A stretch of 64,000 nt of DNA from positions 40,832,001 to 40,896,000 of the forward strand of contig CP068257.2 in assembly GCA_009914755.4 (NCBI GenBank), in the 5' to 3' direction. The number at the start of each line of letters is the position of its first letter. Position 1 is the first letter of the stretch. The notes under the pieces are model-generated. The model did no database searches, had not been told where the DNA came from, and was given only the letters and a program-made list of their open reading frames with translations. The position numbers and the translations under genes are program-made. This document shows, piece after piece, positions 57,336 to 64,000 of this stretch. The stretch comes from the human T2T-CHM13v2.0 reference genome, Homo sapiens.

Positions 57336-59141
57336 CATAACCCCCAAGTGGGAAGTTCGCGCAAGTGCGGCTCTGCAGGGAGGAGGGAGGGCCGAGGGGA
57401 AGGCCCTCGAGAGAGTGGAGGGCAACAGTGGCCACGGTTCCTCTGTACTTCGTTTCTTCCGTAAGAAATGATCTTCTTGTCCTTCTTAAGTATAAATGGA
57501 GCGATCCATTTCCTTTTACCCATTAACCCCTTCAAAAAGAAGAAAAACAGTCCCAGGCTGGCCATGGTTGATCTCTGCAGGGGGGCTGGTCAGGGTGCCT
57601 TCTGCTTCCTGGTGGGATGGCCTAGGCCGGGGAAACTGTTGAAACCACCCTGGGGCTGCCTTCTGTATTTTCCACAACCTTCCAGGCCCACCTCCCAGCT
57701 GGAGGCCCTGCAGCTTGGCAGTTGCCATGGCGACTGAGTCCCTAAGTGTGTCTCTTCTGAGCTCTCCTGGACAGTGTGGAGAAAAGGCCTTAAGAACTGA
57801 GGGGCTTCAGTAAAATGCAAACAGATTTTTTTTTTGTAGGCACTGTTCAGATAAAAAGCAGGGACTTTCAACAAAATGAGTTCAGGTCCATCTTAACTAT
57901 AGAACTATGAGGTTGTTTATTAGAATAATTGTACTCTGGTAAATTTACCAATTTCATATATATGCATATTTATAAACAAACATATTAGAGTATATAGATA
58001 GAAAAAGTTCTATCTACATGTAGAATCGAAAACTTTTTAAAATAGTGTTGGTAGTATCACACATTGCCATTTAGTGGATAGAGACAGACCCGAGATTGGA
58101 GCCCTAGCTCCGTATACTTCTTTCTGAAGTCAGTCTACTCATCTGTAAAATGGGCTGTTGTGAGGTCAAAATTAGATATTCATAATGAGAGTAGCATAGT
58201 GCCTAGCACAAAGTAAAGCACTTAGTAAATGGGAGCTATTACTATTAATTGTACTGCTGTTAATCTTACAATAGGTTAAGCACCTTTTGTCTATCAGTAT
58301 GTTTGGGGGGGAATTTTAACTCAAGTTTATCTTAATCGTTTTCAGTCGTGTTTTTTTCTTGAAAAGAATCAAACTGCCAAAGATGATTCTGTCAGTTGTT
58401 TGTGACAATCAGAAGTTAGTCTGTGACGAACAGATTAGTTTTAATGCTCATATTCATTAGCACTAATATACATAAGGGTGGGGAGAGACTGAAGCTTCTG
58501 GAAATATATAGACAGGTAGATTCTTAAGCGTAAGTAGGTATTTGAACTGTTTGTGGATTATGTCTCATAAAATTGGCACCCAGCAAGGAGGAAAATGCCA
58601 GATACACACACGCCCATACCTGAGGTATGTAGGTCAATGGAAGGCTATTGAAACACAGTTGTCAAGAGAGAAATGTAAAGTATTTTTCACCCAGGAAGTG
58701 AGATTATTCAGTGATGCATCAAAACCAGTAGGGAAAACAGTTTAGTGGACACCAGTGTGGAGACGAGATGTCAGAAAATTGGATAGACTCGAATTTCACG
58801 TTGGGTAGCAACTCAAGGACATAGCTCAGTGCTTGGCACATAGTAAGTGCTCAACCAACACAGGTTTATCAAATTAAATGTTAGATATTATTTTGCAACA
58901 GAGCTGTGCTTTATGCAGCAGTAGGAAAAGAGAAAAATTGACGTGAAATTTTTTCTTTTTCTTGTTTTTTTATTCTTAAATCACACTCCATTTTCCGAGG
59001 GCTCTCTCAGGATATCAGTTGCTTAACTACGTCTGAGTGTCTTCTAGGTCGAGTACTAGGGGATTACAAGGAAATGAGAAAGAAATTACAGACCCATTGG
59101 GGGGCAAATTCTACATTAATCTACACTGTTAAAAAAATTTA

Positions 59142-59475
<334 letters not shown>

Positions 59476-60937
59476 CTACATGTTAATCCTTCATTCCAAA
59501 GTGGAGGTCACTCTTTCCTACTGGTGGATATGTAAGGCTGGTTCTAGTTTTGATGCTGCAGATAGCCTCACTCTAACCAGCAGTTGTGGTGGGAGATCCT
59601 GTGCTACATGGGGCTGTACTTTTCAAGGTCTAAGGGTGGATCAGATTTTCTAGAAAAGGGACAGGGAAAAAGGTGGCATGCTGAACCACGTGTCCATGAT
59701 TTTCCCAGAATAAGGCTCCCCCTACCCAACTTACAGGAAGGTCATGATCAAATAAGATAACGAGGATGAAATGATTTGGAAGTGCTATAGAAATGTAACG
59801 TGTATATTTAGCTCAGGTTTTAAAATCTTTTAATTATGTAACATTTGATGCATGCAAAAGAACACATATTCACGTATGCCAGCAAAGTAATACAGTGAAC
59901 ACCTGTGAACCCCTGCCCAAAGTAAATAGATGAATGAGTAAATGAAATAAATATTAACATCTGAATGCATAGATCTTTGTCCACATCTCAAATTCAGCTC
60001 TTTGGATTGCAGCTTTATAGAATTGAGAGATTGCTGAGCCTAAATACATGTTGCTGCATTGCCTCCGAGAATGGCCGGACCTATCCCCACTCTCACCAAA
60101 ACAGAGTGTGGGACTCACTGCTCCCTCGCCTACTGTAAGTCCTATTTTTCTTCTTTGCTAATCTGATGGACAGGCAGTGTCTCATAGTGACTTTAGTTTG
60201 TATTCATATTTTCTCGATTATTTGAGAAGATAAGCATTTTTCCCCAAATGTTTATTCTTCACCTATGATAACCCTTGTTAATTATTTAGATTAGTTTTTT
60301 GCAGGCCACTTTCATATATCTGTATATGTTGTTTTCTCTTTCTGAAATGTGATGCCCATGTTTCTCTACCTGGTGAACAATTTGTCAACTTTAATATCTT
60401 ACCAGATGTAACCTTCCTAGGGATGCTGTTTCTAACTGCTGCCGGCCCCTTCTTACCATCTCTCTGGTTGTGCTTCTGACGCATTCCCTACACAACTGGA
60501 ACGTGTTTCCAGGTCAGCCTCCCTAAGCACCTCCCAAGGCCTCCACCCCACAGTGTCGCACAGAACTTGACACATACCAGATGCTCCAATTATTAAATAT
60601 TACCGAGTACTTTTAGAAAATTGGGAACATACAATAAAGTATAATGAAGAAAATAAAGAAAACCAATAATCTCACTTCCCAAAGATAATAACTACTGCCA
60701 TTTTGGTGTGAATCCTTTCATGCTTTTAAAATGCATATATATGTCTATTTAATTGAAATCATTCTATTTGTCACTTACATTATCACATGTCATTATATGG
60801 TGCACATGTCAAAAAAAATTTCCAAAGTGTTTTAAAGACAATAGTATTTCACCTTAAGGATATACCAAAATTATTATGTCACAAATGTTGGATAAGAGAA
60901 TGAATGAAAATCTTTAATATGAAGTTGAACAAGGTAA

Positions 60938-61266
<329 letters not shown>

Positions 61267-64000
61267 CCATTTTGTTTTTAAGAAAACAATGTGTCGGGTG
61301 TCTTTTCTCAGTATGTCATTCACTCATGTTTCTTGGGTGACTACCAGAAGTTCCTCAGCTCTGGGTACTGTTGCTGTCCTCCTCTCGTGGCGCTGGCATA
61401 CCTGCTTGTTTGAATTGCCTTTCTCCTCTCCTCAAGCCCATTTTTAATTATCTAGTTACTAGGACAAGCATCTAAATAGTTGTGGAGCAAATACAGTTAT
61501 CGGAAGAGCTAAATGAACCATTTCCCTCTCCCTCTACAAACAGGAAAGCCAGAAAGGTTTTAAACTGGACTGGTAATTTTAGGTTCCCCAGAGCTGGCTT
61601 TGTGCTATCTGACCACTGAGGCCCTGCACTGGGAGGAACCAGACGGGGCCCCTGGCAACCACATCCGGGTGGTACTAGAACATCTCAGTGCTGTTATCTA
61701 TGACCCCAGAACAGAGTCTCAGTTCAGGGGCCCTAAAAGAGTTTCCCCACTGAACAAGCATGGAAATGTGAAAATACGTATTTATTAAACAAGATAAGTG
61801 AAGATTGTTTCATTTAGAATGTGATTCACTAATGCATTTCTTTGATTACTTAGTTATCTTGGTATGTTCAAAATATTGTGGCTTTCTTTTTAGCAGTTCT
61901 TTATATTAATACATTTAAAGAGGGTCCCAGAAGGGCACCAGGCTTTAGGATGGCTAGAAATGGGGACATGGCCTGGTCATTTTGGGTCATCTTGGCCCTG
62001 GTCTCAGTTCCAAGGATGTGTTGGAGAGAGTATAGGGGTGATAGCTTAGGAAAACTCTCCGGAGTGAAGAGGCAGCTTGGCTTTATTAGGTTGTTTTCTT
62101 CACCTTAATCCTGAAAACCTTTTCAAGCTAACTGGCAGCAAGTTGGACATCGAGGTATGTGTTTAGTTCTAGAAACTTCTCTATGTGTGTCATGATATTT
62201 TCTTTTGTTACTATCTTAAGTCATGCACATATATGATATGTATTACAATGTAGTAGAAAAAGTAAAATTTATACAGTAAAGGGAGAAAAAGGACCCAGAA
62301 AGCAAGAACTCATTAGCCTGCCTGTGCCCAGCATGACCCTGCAAGACAGGCGTCTTACTCCCAAGTTCACTACCAGAATAAATGAATTAATTGACTCTAA
62401 AAGGGTTTTGAGAACAGTTTCAAGTTATTATTGCTTATGCTTCCTCCCCTACATTCCAGATCCCACAAAGAAGCCACTTCTTGGGCTGACCTTTTTATCA
62501 TCCACCTCAAACTCAACAAGGGCAAAACTGAACTTCTTCTCTCCGCTTTATTTCCTTATCTTAATGAAGGGCCCACTTGCTACCGGTTTACTAAGCCAGA
62601 ATCTGAACATCATCAATGTCAGGGACCAGTTCTTTCCTTCCCCCTTCCCCAACCAATCTCCAAATCCTGGAGAGTCTTCCTTCCAAATTATTCCAAATCC
62701 ATCTACTTTTTTCCATTCCCACTGCTTCTTCCTTAGTCAGGACACCATCATTTTCTGCCAAGAAGACGCCAACAGCCCAGGTGGTCTCCCTGCCCTTAGT
62801 CTCACTGTCTTCTAATCTATTTGCCACACTGACCAGAATAATCTTTTAAAACCACACATCTAATCACGTTGTTCTTCAGTTTAAAATCTTTCAGTAGTGA
62901 AGTCCAGACTCCCTCATTCGATTATTAGGCTCTGAATGATGTGGCCACTAAGTCCCTCCCCAGCCTCTTCTCTTGCCTTATGTTCACACACCACACTCTC
63001 TGCTGTGGCCATAATGACTTTCAGTTCCCCAAACCCAACTTTCTGTAGGATTGCTGGGCCTTTGCCTATGCTATTTGTTCTCTGCTTGGAACACCTTCCA
63101 CTCTTCTTTTGGGTAACTCGATGCCTTCTCCAGGTCTCAGCTCAGCTGTCACTTACACAACCCCATAGGCAGGCTTTATCCCCAACCCTTGTCCACAGTA
63201 TCCTCCAGGTGACTGTGTCTCCCAGGTGGGTAGCCCCTGAAGTAACCCTCTACACTCCATCACTGTCAGAGAGTTGGAAGGCTGGAGAGGCATGACCCCT
63301 CAGAGTCAACCTAGATCCTTGTGGCTTCAGCCCCCAGCAGGTAGGGAGCCCACCAAGCTTCAACTCTACAGCAGAGACACAGCCAAGGCTACTGGTATGT
63401 GCAAAACATTGGCTTGTGAAAATTACAGTATCCAAAACATGATTTTTTTTCTAAAAGAGCTTTTTAAATTTTGTTTTCTAAAAGTTAAAACCAGAAAATT
63501 TCTGATTTCTGACAGGTTAAGGATTTAGGGGAATTTTTAAGTTATGTGATGTGAGGTTCTCTGTAGTTTTGTACCAACTAGATTGTTCATTTCCTAAGAA
63601 TGAGGACCTCTCCTATTCATCTTTGTAATAGGGACAGTGTCTTACAGATGAAAACATTCAATGACCCTACATTAGAGGAGAAGAAACTGGAGCACAAATT
63701 GGTTGAATGTTCCCCCATGTGACACATTTAATAAGGCTAATGTTGTTGAAGTGGAGGCTGGGCAGGCAGTAAGAGGATTCCCTTGTATACTTGCACGGTG
63801 AACATGAGTACTGGCATCGCAGGCCTCGTTCAATGTTGATACTCTTGAATTTAAAGTGGCATTTCCATGTACTCTTACAGATGTTCCTTCATTTGCCATC
63901 AGAAGGATAGCTGTGAAGTGATATATAGGAACTTTGTAGGCATATTTGATTTTTAAACCTCTATTAACTTTGTGTCAAATAATCAAAGCTTAACAGGATT

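Noticed and set aside
54300-57500. Possible + strand first exon or divergent transcript from the RSPH1 CpG island (for example SLC37A1-related), and a GC-rich segment near 57340-57470 ending ...ccgtaag
   Set aside because: There are no convincing ORF, splice or promoter motifs that I can verify by eye. Transcript data would be needed. Left unannotated.

Overview
This window is primate, almost certainly human, nuclear DNA, not a prokaryotic or accessory-genome region. It contains about 16 Alu SINEs, MaLR/THE1-type LTRs, an L1 3' fragment, microsatellites and spliced exons with GT/AG introns. It holds a convergent gene pair that matches human chr21q22.3. On the + strand are the last four coding exons of UBASH3A (STS-2/TULA), which encode the end of its histidine-phosphatase (PGM) domain and the stop codon. 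On the - strand is the complete nine-exon coding region of RSPH1 (radial spoke head 1, MORN-repeat protein). The RSPH1 exons sum to 930 nt, encoding 309 aa plus a stop, and the encoded protein agrees with the human RSPH1 sequence as I recall it. The two genes' 3' ends are separated by about 25 kb of repeat-rich DNA. I found no sign of a novel 'system', and both genes are well described. The features worth a second look are structural and regulatory. (1) The RSPH1 CpG-island promoter has a tandemly duplicated ~100-bp module (AGCAAC half-site + CCAAT + GC box) and an X-box-like palindrome at the 5' end. (2) A ~42-bp VNTR begins exactly at the exon-7 splice donor of RSPH1, and every unit carries a donor-like GGGTGTGGGG. 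(3) A ~330-bp-arm inverted duplication lies in the intergenic region. (4) A ~440-bp (TTGG)n tract lies in RSPH1 intron 3. (5) A ~203-bp tandem duplication starts 45 bp after a UBASH3A splice donor. (6) An Alu right monomer with target-site duplications (TSDs) sits in the RSPH1 3'UTR and contributes a poly(A) signal. (7) A young AluY has perfect TSDs. All coordinates were derived by eye from the given sequence. Repeat family names are from memory and were not confirmed by a database search.
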